From Anaeromyxobacteraceae bacterium (GTDB lineage: Bacteria > Myxococcota > Myxococcia > Myxococcales > Anaeromyxobacteraceae): a stretch of DNA of 64,000 bases. How positions within the stretch are numbered: position 1 is the first letter of the stretch; each line of letters begins with the position of its first letter. A model generated the notes under the pieces. It ran no database searches, had not been told where the DNA came from, and was given only the letters and a program-made list of their open reading frames with translations. Where the stretch lies: the NCBI GenBank assembly GCA_047602405.1, contig JASGHJ010000001.1, positions 288,001 to 352,000 on the forward strand, in the 5' to 3' direction. Shown here piece after piece: positions 24,684 through 34,555 of the stretch. The translations under genes and the position numbers were made by a program.

Positions 24684-26741
24684 CTAGAAGCCCCCCGAGC
24701 CGAGGACGGACCAGACGACGGTGCCGAGCACGAACGCCGCCGCGAGCGCCATCAGCGCCGCGTAGCGCTGCAGCTCGCCGTTCTGGAAGGTGCGGAAGAG
24801 CGCACCGAGGAAGGCCATGGTGCGCCCCACCCCGTTCACGAGGCCGTCGATGACGAACACGTCGACGAACCGCCAGAGCGCGCGGGAGACGAGCGCGAAG
24901 GGGCGGAGGATGACCGCGCCGTAGAGCTCGTCGACGCGGAACTTGTCGAGCGTGAAGCGGTAGAGCGGGCCGAGGCCGCGGGCGAGCGCGGCGGGCGTCT
25001 CCTTCATGGGGCCCGCGTAGAAGAGCCAGGCCACCAGGGTGCCGGCGGCGGCCACCGCCCAGGCGGCGAAGAACGGCCAGGCCGGGTGATCGCCCTCGTG
25101 CAGGAACTCGAGCGCCTGGAGGCGCCGCGTGCCGTGCGCGAAGACCGGGGCCATGTAGCGCTGGAACAGCTCGGAGACGGGCGAGTGGCCGGGGAGCCCG
25201 AGGAACAGGCCGAGCACCGCGAGCACCGCGAGGATCCAGAGCGGCATGGTCATCGCCGGCGAGGACTCGTGCGCGTGCTCGGCGGCGGGCGTGCGGGGCT
25301 TGCCGACGAAGGTGAGGAGGTAGACCCGCGTCATGTAGAACGCGGTGCCGAGCGCGGCGGCGGTGCCGAGGCCGTAGGCGAGCGGGCCGGCCCAGGGCGC
25401 GGCGGGGTTGTGGCTGAAGAGCGCGTTCCCGAGGATCGCGTCCTTCGAGAAGAAGCCGGACAGCGGCACGAAGCCGGTGATGGCGAGCGTCGCGACGCCG
25501 AAGGTGATCGCGGTGTGCGGCATCTTCCGGGCGAGGCCGCCCATCTTCTGGACGTCGGTCTCGTCGCCCATCCCGTGCATCACCGAGCCCGCGCCGAGGA
25601 AGAGGCAGGCCTTGAAGAAGGCGTGGGTGACGAGGTGCAGGACGCCCGCCCACCAGGCGCCGACGCCGACGCCGATGAACATGAAGCCGAGCTGCGAGAC
25701 GGTCGAGTACGCCAGCACCTTCTTGATGTCGTTCTGGACGAAGGCGATGAGCGCGGCGAAGAGCGCGGTCGCGGCGCCCACCACCGTGACGACCGCCATC
25801 GCGGTCGGCGAGACCGTGAAGAGCACGTTGTTGCGGGCGACGAGGTAGACGCCCGCGGTGACCATCGTCGCCGCGTGGATGAGGGCGGAGACCGGGGTCG
25901 GGCCGGCCATCGCGTCGGGCAGCCAGACGTAGAGCGGCAGCTGGGCCGACTTGCCGGCCGCGCCGATGAAGAGGCCGAGGAGCGCGAAGGTGATCGCCTG
26001 CTCCCAGGTCCAGCCGAGCGCCCCGAAGGGGCCGGAGGCCACCACGCTCGCCGGATCGAAGGCGCCGGAGGCGACGTAGCCCTGGATGAGCTGGTAGTTC
26101 GCGGTGCCGAAGAGGGCGATGAGCGAGAACGCGCCGACGAGGAAGCCGAAGTCGCCGATGCGGTTCGTGACGAAGGCCTTGCGGCCGGCGTAGGCCTTCT
26201 GCGGATCGGTGTACCAGAAGCCGATCAGGAGGTACGAGCAGAGCCCGACGCCCTCCCACCCGACGAAGGTGGTGACGAGCGAGTCGCCGAGGACGAGCAC
26301 GAGCATCGCCGCGACGAAGAGGTTGAGGTAGGTGAAGTACCGCGCGTAGCCGGCGCCGTCCTCGTGGGACATGTACGACGCCGAGTAGACGTGGATGAGC
26401 GAGCCGACGAACGTGACCACCAGGATCATCGTCCCGGAGAGCCGGTCGGCGAGGAGCCCCCAGGTGATGTCGATCATCGGCCGACCGCCGCTCGCGGACG
26501 GGACCGAGAACCACGGATCGGCCTGGTACACGAGGATGTTGCCGTGGAACGTCCAGCTGAACGCGATGATCGCGAGCGTCAGCGAGCCGGCCATGGCGCC
26601 GAGCGCGACCAAGGTCACGTTGGCGCGGCCGATCCGCTTGCCGAACAGGCCGTTCACGATGGCGCCCGCCAGCGGGAACAGGATGATCGCCCACAGTGAG
26701 CTTGCGGCTGGCCCAGGGTAGATCGGGATGTTGGGGAGCAT
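24684..26741 (-). CDS. nuoL: NADH-quinone oxidoreductase subunit L
   Basis: GWEGVGLCSYLLIGFW, GKSAQLPLYVWLPDAMAGPTPVSALIHAATMV, THAFFKA. Confidence 0.96.
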   Translation of the reverse strand: MLPNIPIYPGPAASSLWAIILFPLAGAIVNGLFGKRIGRANVTLVALGAMAGSLTLAIIAFSWTFHGNILVYQADPWFSVPSASGGRPMIDITWGLLADRLSGTMILVVTFVGSLIHVYSASYMSHEDGAGYARYFTYLNLFVAAMLVLVLGDSLVTTFVGWEGVGLCSYLLIGFWYTDPQKAYAGRKAFVTNRIGDFGFLVGAFSLIALFGTANYQLIQGYVASGAFDPASVVASGPFGALGWTWEQAITFALLGLFIGAAGKSAQLPLYVWLPDAMAGPTPVSALIHAATMVTAGVYLVARNNVLFTVSPTAMAVVTVVGAATALFAALIAFVQNDIKKVLAYSTVSQLGFMFIGVGVGAWWAGVLHLVTHAFFKACLFLGAGSVMHGMGDETDVQKMGGLARKMPHTAITFGVATLAITGFVPLSGFFSKDAILGNALFSHNPAAPWAGPLAYGLGTAAALGTAFYMTRVYLLTFVGKPRTPAAEHAHESSPAMTMPLWILAVLAVLGLFLGLPGHSPVSELFQRYMAPVFAHGTRRLQALEFLHEGDHPAWPFFAAWAVAAAGTLVAWLFYAGPMKETPAALARGLGPLYRFTLDKFRVDELYGAVILRPFALVSRALWRFVDVFVIDGLVNGVGRTMAFLGALFRTFQNGELQRYAALMALAAAFVLGTVVWSVLGSGGF

Positions 26742-26820
26742 GGGGGTGGCGAAGGATTAGCTTGTCGCAGGGCTTTCCACAAGCGATTCTCCTCGGGAAA
26801 ACCCCCGCAAGGATGCGGAC

Positions 26821-28251
26821 ATGACGCCCCCCGGACCCCCCACGGAAGCCTCCCTCCAGACCGAGCTCCGCAAGCTCCCGAAGGCCGACCGGCTGCTCGA
26901 GGCCGCCGATCGCGCGGGGCTCCTCCGCCGCGTCGGCCACGCGGCGACGATGGAGGCGATCCGCTCGGAGCTGGACCGGGTCCGCGAGGAGATCCGGGGA
27001 GGTGCGCCCTGCCCGGAGCCGGCCGCCCTGGAGCGGACCGTGCTCGAGCGCCTCTCGGCCGCCGCCCGGGGCACCTTGCGACCGGTGGTGAACGCGACCG
27101 GGGTGGTCGTCCACACCAACCTCGGGCGCGCCCCCCTGTCGGACGAGACGGTCGAGGCCATGCGGGAGGCGTCCGGCTACGGGACGCTCGAGTTCGACCT
27201 CTCGACCGGCGAGCGGGGCGACCGGCACGTCCACGCCGAGGCGGCGCTGTGCCGCCTGACCGGCGCCGAGGCCGCCGCGGTCGTGAACAACAACGCGGCC
27301 GCCGTGATGCTCGCGCTCGCCGCGCTCGGCGAGGGCCGGCCGAGCGGCGACGCGCCCCCCGACGGCCCGGCCGAGGTGATCGTCTCCCGCGGCCAGCTCG
27401 TCGAGATCGGCGGCGGGTTCCGGGTGCCGGACGTGCTCCGGCGCTCCGGCTGCACGCTCGTCGAGGTCGGCACCACGAACCGGACCTACCTGCGCGACTA
27501 CGCGGACGCGGTGACCCCGCGGACGCGGATCCTGCTGTGGGTCCACCGGTCGAACTTCCGGCAGGAGGGGTTCGTCCACGAGCCGACGCTGGAGGAACTC
27601 GTGGGCCTCGCGCGCGAGCGGGACCTCTGGGTGGTCGACGACCTCGGCTCGGGCACGGTGATCGACCCGGAGCCCTTCGGCCTCGGGTCGGAGCCGCGGG
27701 TGCAGGAGCGCGTACACGCCGGCGCGGACCTCGTGTGCTTCTCGGGCGACAAGCTGCTCGGCGGGCCGCAGGCGGGGCTCCTCGCGGGGCGCCGGGAGGC
27801 GGTGCGGCGGGTGAAGCGGCATCCGCTCATGCGGGCGCTGCGCGTGGACAAGGCCACCTTCGCCGGGCTGTCGGCGACGCTCGGGCACCACGAACGCGGG
27901 GAGGCCACGGCGAAGATCCCGATCTGGAGGGCGATCGCGATGTCCCCGGGGGAGATCGCGGGCCGGGCCAGGAATTGGCTCGCGGACCTCGGAGAGGCCG
28001 GCGAGGGGGCCGAGGTGAGGGAGTCCCGGAGCGCGGTGGGCGGGGGGTCGCTGCCGGGGGTCACGCTGCCGACGTTCGTGCTGGCGCTCCCTGAAGGTGA
28101 TCCGGATGTGCAGCTGGCCAGGTTGCGGCGGGCGGAGCTGCCGGTCATCGGGCGCATCGAGGACGACCGGGTGGTGCTCGATCCGCGCACGGTGCTGCCG
28201 GGGCAGGATGGGGCGGTGATACAGGCGGTGAGGCAGGCGATCCGGGGCTGA
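26821..28251 (+). CDS. selA: L-seryl-tRNA(Sec) selenium transferase
   Basis: VVNATGVVVHTNLGRAP, VNNNAAA, SRGQLVEIGGGFR, EVGTTN, FSGDKLLGGPQAG. Confidence 0.96.
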   Translation: MTPPGPPTEASLQTELRKLPKADRLLEAADRAGLLRRVGHAATMEAIRSELDRVREEIRGGAPCPEPAALERTVLERLSAAARGTLRPVVNATGVVVHTNLGRAPLSDETVEAMREASGYGTLEFDLSTGERGDRHVHAEAALCRLTGAEAAAVVNNNAAAVMLALAALGEGRPSGDAPPDGPAEVIVSRGQLVEIGGGFRVPDVLRRSGCTLVEVGTTNRTYLRDYADAVTPRTRILLWVHRSNFRQEGFVHEPTLEELVGLARERDLWVVDDLGSGTVIDPEPFGLGSEPRVQERVHAGADLVCFSGDKLLGGPQAGLLAGRREAVRRVKRHPLMRALRVDKATFAGLSATLGHHERGEATAKIPIWRAIAMSPGEIAGRARNWLADLGEAGEGAEVRESRSAVGGGSLPGVTLPTFVLALPEGDPDVQLARLRRAELPVIGRIEDDRVVLDPRTVLPGQDGAVIQAVRQAIRG

Positions 28252-28256
28252 GGGGC

Positions 28257-28480
28257 GGGACCGGGGACCGGGGACCGGGGACCGGGGACCGGGGACCGGG
28301 ATCGGGACCGGGATCGGGACCGGGACCGGGATCGGGACCGGGATCGGGACCGGGATCGGGACTGGGATCGGGATCGGGATCGGGATCGGGACTGGGATCG
28401 GGAGCGCAGTCCCCGGTCTCAATCTCAATCTCAATCTCAATCCCAATGCCGATCCCGATCGCAATCCCGATCCCGATCCC
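28257..28480 (+). repeat. Short tandem repeats (GGGGACC)n/(GGGACC/GGGATC)n followed by partly complementary (AATCTC/GATCCC)n
   Basis: Visible in the sequence; the two tracts form an imperfect inverted repeat. Confidence 0.9.
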
Positions 28481-28530
28481 ACATCGCGATCTCGATCCCC
28501 CTCGCGTCGGGATGCCATGTCGTTGGAGTT

Positions 28531-28660
28531 CTTTCGGCCGTGGGCTGCGTCTGCGTTGGTCGGCGCACGTTTCGTGCCGGGCCACCGCCTGGCGCGCTCG
28601 ATCCCGGGCCCGTCACGAAACCTGCGCCGGGGGTGGGCAGACGCAGCCCACGGCCGAAAG
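28531..28660 (+). ncRNA. Putative structured 5' leader RNA (long hairpin), copy 1
   Basis: Perfect 24-bp inverted repeat 28531-28554/28637-28660 plus an inner stem GCGCACGTTTCGTGCCGGGCC/GGCCCGTCACGAAACCTGCGC; right arm overlaps the RBS. Confidence 0.6.
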
Positions 28661-28669
28661 GAGCCCCCG

Positions 28670-29008
28670 ATGCAGCCTTCCACCTCCACCTTCGTCGCCT
28701 ACGACGTCGCCATCCAGCTCGCGCGTGCGGTCGCGCGGATCCTTCCCGTCATCCTCCGCCACGATCCCTCGCTCGCCGATCAGCTCCGTCGCGCGGTCAC
28801 CTCCGTGCCGCTGAACGTCGCCGAGGGCAACCGCCGCGTCGGCAGGGACCGCCCGCACAACTTCCGCGTCGCGCTCGGGTCGGCGTCCGAGGTGCAGGCG
28901 TGCCTCGACGTCGCCGAGGCGCTCGGGTATCTCGCCCGCGAGGCCGTGCAGCCCGCGCTCGCGCCCGCGGATCGCGTGCAGCGGCTGCTCCGCGGGCTCA
29001 CGCGGTGA
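28670..29008 (+). CDS. Four-helix-bundle protein (23S rRNA IVS/Avd-like family)
   Basis: LADQLRRAVTSVPLNVAEG...ALGSASEVQACL...GY signature; AAAGGAG RBS. Confidence 0.9.
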   Translation: MQPSTSTFVAYDVAIQLARAVARILPVILRHDPSLADQLRRAVTSVPLNVAEGNRRVGRDRPHNFRVALGSASEVQACLDVAEALGYLAREAVQPALAPADRVQRLLRGLTR

Positions 29009-29016
29009 AGCCGGTC

Positions 29017-29045
29017 CGGGCGGGGCCACGCTGGCCCCGCCCGGA
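29017..29045. terminator. Hairpin between the convergent four-helix-bundle genes (likely bidirectional terminator)
   Basis: TCCGGGCGGGGCCA-CGC-TGGCCCCGCCCGGA. Confidence 0.65.
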
Positions 29046-29051
29046 AGGTGC

Positions 29052-29402
29052 CTACGCCGCCCGCGGCGCCGGGAGGCGCCAGAGCATGCCGAGGAGGCGA
29101 TCGCAGGCGCGGAGGGCGGGCTCCGCGTCGGCGGAGGAGACGTAGCCCCACGCCAGGGCGACGTGCAGCGCCGCCCGGACCTCGTCCGCGCTGCCGGCGG
29201 CGATGCGGAAGGAGTGGAGGCGATCCTTGCCCACCCGCCGGTTGCCCTCCGCGAGGTTGAGCGGGATGGACGACGCCGCGCGGGAGAGCTGATCGGCGAG
29301 CGATGCGTCCCGCCGCGCGAGCGCGACGCGAAGGTCGCGGAGAGAGGCGATGACGGTGAGCGCGACGTCGTAAGCGATGAAGGTGGAGGGGGTGGAAGAC
29401 AT
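29052..29402 (-). CDS. Four-helix-bundle protein (23S rRNA IVS/Avd-like family), second paralog
   Basis: LADQLSRAASSIPLNLAEG...IAAGSADEVRAAL...WGY; AAAGGAG RBS. Confidence 0.9.
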   Translation of the reverse strand: MSSTPSTFIAYDVALTVIASLRDLRVALARRDASLADQLSRAASSIPLNLAEGNRRVGKDRLHSFRIAAGSADEVRAALHVALAWGYVSSADAEPALRACDRLLGMLWRLPAPRAA

Positions 29403-29409
29403 CGGAAGG

Positions 29410-29547
29410 CTCCTTTCGGCTGTGGGCTGCGTCTGCCCCACTCCCGGCGCAGGTTTCATGACGGGCCCCGGGACCGAGCGAAGGCAAGCGGTGGCCCGGC
29501 AGGAAACGTGCGCCGTCCAAGCAGACGCAGCCCACAGCCGAAAGGAG
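29410..29547 (-). ncRNA. Putative structured 5' leader RNA (long hairpin), copy 2
   Basis: Perfect 27-bp inverted repeat 29410-29436/29521-29547; homologous to copy 1 with a compensatory C-G to T-A change. Confidence 0.6.
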
Positions 29548-29622
29548 GCCGGTGACGGCCCAATCACACGAGCCTCCGGCGCCCTCACACGAGCGACGGT
29601 CCCCTCACCCACCAGCGCGAAC

Positions 29623-29708
29623 AGTCCGAGTCCGAGTCCGAGTCCGAGTCCGTCTCCGTCTCCGTCTCCGCCTCCGCCTCCGTCTCCGCCTCCGCCCCCG
29701 CCTCCGCC
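29623..29708 (+). repeat. Hexamer tandem repeat (CCGAGT/CCGTCT/CCGCCT)n
   Basis: Visible in the sequence. Confidence 0.9.
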
Positions 29709-30418
29709 TACCTGTTGAACCGGTACCCCACCCCTCTCACGGTCTCGAGGTGCCTGGGATGCTCCGCGTCGTCCCCGATGTGCGTCCGCAACCGGGCGAT
29801 GAAGTTGTCCACCGTCCTCGCGGTCCCGAAGTACCGGCTCCCCCACACCGCCTCGAGGAGCTGGTCGCGGGAGAACACGCGCTCGGGGTGCGCCACGAAG
29901 AACGCGAGGAGATCGAACTCCCGGCTCGTGAGCTCGAGCGCCTTCCCCTTCACGGCCGCCCGCCGGCCCTCGAGGTCGACCTCGAGGTCGCCGATCTTCT
30001 TCACGGTCCTGCGGGCGGCCGCGCCGGCACCGCCGGGCTCCGCGGCGGCGCGGCGGCGGCGGAGGAGGGCGTCGACGCGGGCGAGCAGCTCCTTCAGGCC
30101 GAACGGCTTCACGAGGTAGTCGTCCGCCCCGAGCTGCAGGCCGGCCACCTTGTCGCTCTCCTGCCCCTTCGCCGACAGGATCAGCACCGGCAGGTCCGGG
30201 TCGTCCTTGCGGATCTCGCGGACGATCTCGAGGCCGCCCAGGCTCGGGAGCATGACGTCGACGATCACGAGGTCGGGCGCCTCGGTGCGGGCCATCTCGA
30301 GGCCCTGCGCGCCGTCCATCGAGGAGCGGACCGTGTAGCCCTCCATGGAGAGGTTGAGCTGCAGCCCTCGCAGGATGGACGGGTCGTCCTCGATGACGAG
30401 GATGCGCTCGGCGGTCAT
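29708..30418 (-). CDS. OmpR/PhoB family response regulator
   Basis: ILVIEDD, GADDYLVKPF, LTSREFDLL, RTVDNFIARLR, TVRGVGYRF. Confidence 0.93.
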   Translation of the reverse strand: MTAERILVIEDDPSILRGLQLNLSMEGYTVRSSMDGAQGLEMARTEAPDLVIVDVMLPSLGGLEIVREIRKDDPDLPVLILSAKGQESDKVAGLQLGADDYLVKPFGLKELLARVDALLRRRRAAAEPGGAGAAARRTVKKIGDLEVDLEGRRAAVKGKALELTSREFDLLAFFVAHPERVFSRDQLLEAVWGSRYFGTARTVDNFIARLRTHIGDDAEHPRHLETVRGVGYRFNR

Positions 30419-31326
30419 CGCGCGACCTCCTCCGCCGGCGCGGCCGGCAGGGCGATGGTGAAGGTGGAGCCCTTGCCGACCTCGCTCTGGACCTCGATGT
30501 CGCCGCCGTGGCGGGTGACCACGTGCTTCGCCATCGCGAGCCCGAGCCCGGTGCCCTCGATCGAGCGCTGGAGCGCGTCGCTCGAGCGGTAGAACTTCTC
30601 GAAGATCCGCTTCTGCTCGCGCGGCGGGATGCCCGGGCCGTTGTCCTCGACGGCGATGAACACGGTCGGCCCGCGGGCCCAGGCCTTCACGGCGAGCTTC
30701 TTCTCCGGCCCGGTGTACTTCACGGCGTTCGCGAGCAGGTCGAGGACCGCCTCGGTGAGCGCCTCGCGGTCGGCGAGCACGAGCGGCAGGCCGAGCGGGA
30801 TGTCGCGGGTGAGCTCGATCCCCCCCTGGCCGAGCGTCTGGGCCAGCACGGCCATGATGGCGGCCTCGACGATGGGCTCGACCGGCTGGCGCACGAGGTT
30901 GAAGGTGCGGCGCCCGGACTCCATGCGCGCCCAGTCGAGGAGCCGGTTGATGAGGCCGGAGAGCCGCTCGGTCTCCTCGGCGACGATCGCGAGCGCCTCC
31001 TTCTGGCGCTCGGGGTCGTGGATGCGGCCGAGCTGGAGCGTCTCCACGAACATGCGGATCGAGGTGAGCGGCGTGCGCAGGTCGTGGGAGACCTTGTTCA
31101 CGAAGTCGGTCTGGAGCTTCGCGACCCGCGCCTCGCGGTAGAGCACGGCGAGCGTGGCCGCGGTCCCCGCCACGGTGGTGGCGACGAGGGCGAGGATGAG
31201 GGAGCCGAAGAGGTAGTCCCGCGCGAACGAGCCGTAGACCAGGATCAGGATCCCGACCGTCAGCATGAGCGCCGCGGGCAAGAAGACGAAGCCGATGATG
31301 AGCGGGAAGACCCGGCGGAGCTTCAC
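30415..31326 (-). CDS. Histidine kinase with two closely spaced TM helices
   Basis: SHDLRTPL, NAVKY, DNGPG, GTGLGL; no periplasmic domain. Confidence 0.92.
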   Translation of the reverse strand: MKLRRVFPLIIGFVFLPAALMLTVGILILVYGSFARDYLFGSLILALVATTVAGTAATLAVLYREARVAKLQTDFVNKVSHDLRTPLTSIRMFVETLQLGRIHDPERQKEALAIVAEETERLSGLINRLLDWARMESGRRTFNLVRQPVEPIVEAAIMAVLAQTLGQGGIELTRDIPLGLPLVLADREALTEAVLDLLANAVKYTGPEKKLAVKAWARGPTVFIAVEDNGPGIPPREQKRIFEKFYRSSDALQRSIEGTGLGLAMAKHVVTRHGGDIEVQSEVGKGSTFTIALPAAPAEEVAR

Positions 31327-31374
31327 GGGCGGATTGTAGTCCCTCCCCGCCGGGCGGGTGGGAACGCGCCGCCG

Positions 31375-31417
31375 AAAAAGGCGACGGCCCGCGTCGCCGG
31401 AGCGAGGCGGGCCGTCG
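31375..31417 (-). terminator. Intrinsic terminator downstream of cytochrome 1
   Basis: CGACGGCCCGC...GCGGGCCGTCG stem with a U-tract on the minus strand; a second hairpin at 31432-31455. Confidence 0.7.
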
Positions 31418-31468
31418 GTGGTTCGCCGCGGCCGGGGACCTCGGGAGGTCCCCGGTCACGTCAGGAGG

Positions 31469-34400
31469 CTACTTCGCGAGGTGGACCTCGGAGATGTCCG
31501 CGATCGCGCCGTGGCCGTGGCAGATGAGGCACTGCTCGACGCGCGTGAACGCCGTGGAGCGCGGCAGGTAGAACGAGCCGCCGTTCGTGTCGATGTGCGC
31601 GCGGACCTCGGGCTTGTCGTGGCACTGGATGCAGGCCGCGGAGATCGGCGAGGTGACGAGCGTGTTGGCGTCGGCCTCGCACGGCGCGGCGGCGGTGCAG
31701 AGCTTGACCGTCACGGTGCACGGCTGGGCCGCGGTGCAGGTACAGGTGGCGGCGGCGGGGCCGCAGTCCACGGACTTGCCCGCGTTCGCGCCGACGCCGA
31801 GCTGCGAGCCGCCGCCCACGGCCGTCGGCGCCGCGGTGATCTGGCGGCCGTCGGTGTAGGTGACGGAGGCGCGGCTCGTGGAGAACCCGAAGCCGAGGCC
31901 ATCCGCGTGGTTCGCGGCCTCGGTGCCGCCCATCGAGACCTTCACGTAGGGCGACTTCACGTACGCCTTGGGCTCAGGGTACGAGTAGGTCGCCTCGGTG
32001 GACCAGAGCAGGTTCGGCAGCGCGCCCGCGTTGAGCGTGAAGTCGTACCCGCCGGCCACGTGGCAGATCTCGCAGTTGTTGAGGCGGCTCGGGAAGGTGA
32101 TCTCCGCGTAGTCCTCGACGTTGTCGTAGCAGGGGTCGACGACCGTGCAGGTGCACGGCGCCGCGACGGTGCAGACGTTCTGGCCCTGCGTGCCCTTCGT
32201 GGCCGTGCCCGTGTACTGGGGGACCGCGGCCGCGTGCCAGGTGAAGTCGACGACGCGCTTGCGGGCCGCGTGGATGTCGTGGAGGACGTCCTTGGTGTTC
32301 GCCGACCAGCCCGAGGAGGCGCGGTTCGGGTTGTGGCACCAGGAGCAGGACGGGCCGTCGTTGCGCTGGCCGGCGTGGAACGTCGGGTTCGCGCCGAGGA
32401 ACGAGTGGCAGGTGAGGCACTTCGCGTTGTCGACGACGACGCGGCGGCCGGTGTAGCCCGTCGCGACCTTCGTGAGGTTCTGGGCCGGCACGATGAGGCC
32501 GCCCTGCTTCGTCGCCGGGACGTACGCGTACTTCGCGACGTCGGCCGCGCTCATGCCCGTGAGGTCGGTCTGGGTGAGCGGCTGCGTGGTCGAGAGGCCG
32601 TAGGTGTAGCCGAGGCCGCCGGTCAGCATGACCGCGTTGTCACCGACGGTCGTGCCCGTCGCCGTGAGGGTGTAGTACCCGTTCGCGTCGGGGCCGGTGA
32701 GCGTCGCCGAGGTGGCCGACTTGTTGTTGATGGCCTTCAGGTAGACGCTCGCCGACATGTTGAAGTCGGCCGGCTTCGCGATGCCGTCCTGCGGGATCGC
32801 CCACACGAAGTAGGCGGAGGGCGAGCCGACGAACCCGTCGACGAGCTCCTGGGCGGGGGTCGAGGCGGCGGGCGGCGTCGTGAAGACGACGTCGGTCGTG
32901 GTCGTGCCGACCGTCTTCTTGAGCTTGAACACCATCACCGGGTTCTTCGAGGCGTTCCGCGACACGCTCGAGATGTCGTAGGTGATCTTCGCCGCGCCGG
33001 AGGGGACCATGCCCGCGGCCGCGATGAAGGCGGCGTTCGTGTTGTTGTTGCCGGCGCCGAAGCAAGGCGCGGCGACCGTGCAGGTGCAGGGCGCGAACGC
33101 CGTGCAGTTGATGGCGCCGGCGCCGGAGCCCTGGGTGCCCGCGGTGGCGTAGCCGTCGGTCTGGCCGGCCGTGCCGGCCGCCGTCAGGAAGAGGTTCGAC
33201 GCGTCGGGCGGGGCGATGGCGACGTGGTAGCCGCGGACCTTCGCCTCACCGTGGCAGAGCGTGCAGCCGTCGTCGTTCGTCGCGGCGCCGCCGGTGTGGT
33301 TCGTGCCGGTCGTCCAGTCGATGCTGTCGTGGCAGGAGCCGCAGGCCGCGCGGGTCGGGCGGGTGAACGCCTGGGCGCCGAAGGTCGCGCCGCCGTGGCA
33401 CTCGTCGCAGTTCCGGATGTCCTGCGGGTAGGTCACCTCGCGGATGCCGTGGAACGCGTTCGGGACGCAGGGGTTCGTGACCGTGCAGGTGCAGGTGGCG
33501 GTCGCGGAGCAGGTCTTGTCCGCGCCGTTCGTGCCGGCGCCGATCTGGATGCCCTTCGTCTGCGTGCCGGTCGTGATGCGGCTGAGCTCCTCGGAGAAGT
33601 GGATCCGGTGGACGAAGACCATCGCGTCCGCGTCCGGGTTCGAGGTGCGGCCCGGGTTGTGGCAGACGTTGCAGTACGGGCCCTCGACGCGGCCGCCGCC
33701 GTGGAAGGCGTCGGAGAGGAATCTCGGGCTTGAAGTCGGCGTGGCACTTCGAGCAGGCGGCCGTCGTCACGAGCTCGCGCTTCGTGGTCGAGGCGGTGTT
33801 GGTCGCCGGCACGTAGTAGTAGGCCTGGTTCGCCGCGTAGAACGTGAGCACGTTCGAGGTGTTGTCGCGGTCGGTCTGGCGGGACGCCTGGATCCAGATG
33901 ACGTGCGTGTCGTTCAGCTTGGTGGCGTCGTAGGCGACGGCCTGCGCGCCGCCCGCCGTGTTCGCGGTCGGGAACGTGTACGTGTAGTCACCGTTGCCCG
34001 TGCCGTTCTCGACGATCGTACCCTGGCCCGCGGAGCCGGCCGTGAACGAGGTGGGCTGGGGGGTCGTGCCGCTCTTCGTGAGGACGGTCAGCGGCAGCTG
34101 CTTGCCGTTCGCGTCGACCGAGAGGCGGGAGAGGGAGAAGCGGACCGTGAAGGCGGTGTTGACGGAGTAGGCGCCCTTCACGTCCACCGGGTAGCCGGAG
34201 TCGTCCTTGAGCGTGAAGCGGACCGAGATGGCGCCGCTCGTCGAGTCGGTGGAGGTGCTCGCCACCGCAATCTTGAGGCCCTTCGTCACGCCGGGCGCGT
34301 TGGTGCCGCCCGCGGGGCCGGTCGGGCCGGTGGGACCCGTCGGCCCGGTGGGGCCGGTCGGGCCGGTGGGGCCGGGGGCGCCGGTCTGGCCGTCGAGGCC

Positions 34401-34490
34401 GTTCTTGCCGTCGGCACCGGCGCAGCCGGTGATCACGAGGGCGCTCGCGAACATCAGCGCGAGACCGCTCTTCCGCATCATTGGGGTCAT
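31469..34490 (-). CDS. OmcA/MtrC family decaheme cytochrome c lipoprotein 1 (one frameshift near 33719)
   Basis: Lipobox ITGC, (G-X-Y)11, 10 CxxCH in a 5+5 layout, GNGDYTYTF and YPQDIRNC motifs, four Cys-rich inserts. Confidence 0.9.
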
Positions 34491-34555
34491 CGTTTTCTCC
34501 GAGCTTCGGGGACGCTCGAGCCCGCGCTGGGAGAGCGCGGACCACCTTTGGCGGG

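Noticed and set aside
28257..28480. CRISPR array
   Set aside because: Units are 6-7 nt with no unique spacers, and no cas genes are present.
28257..29708. Diversity-generating retroelement or rRNA intervening sequence
   Set aside because: The proteins are Avd/IVS-like, but no reverse transcriptase, TR/VR pair with adenine-specific mismatches, or rRNA sequence is visible.
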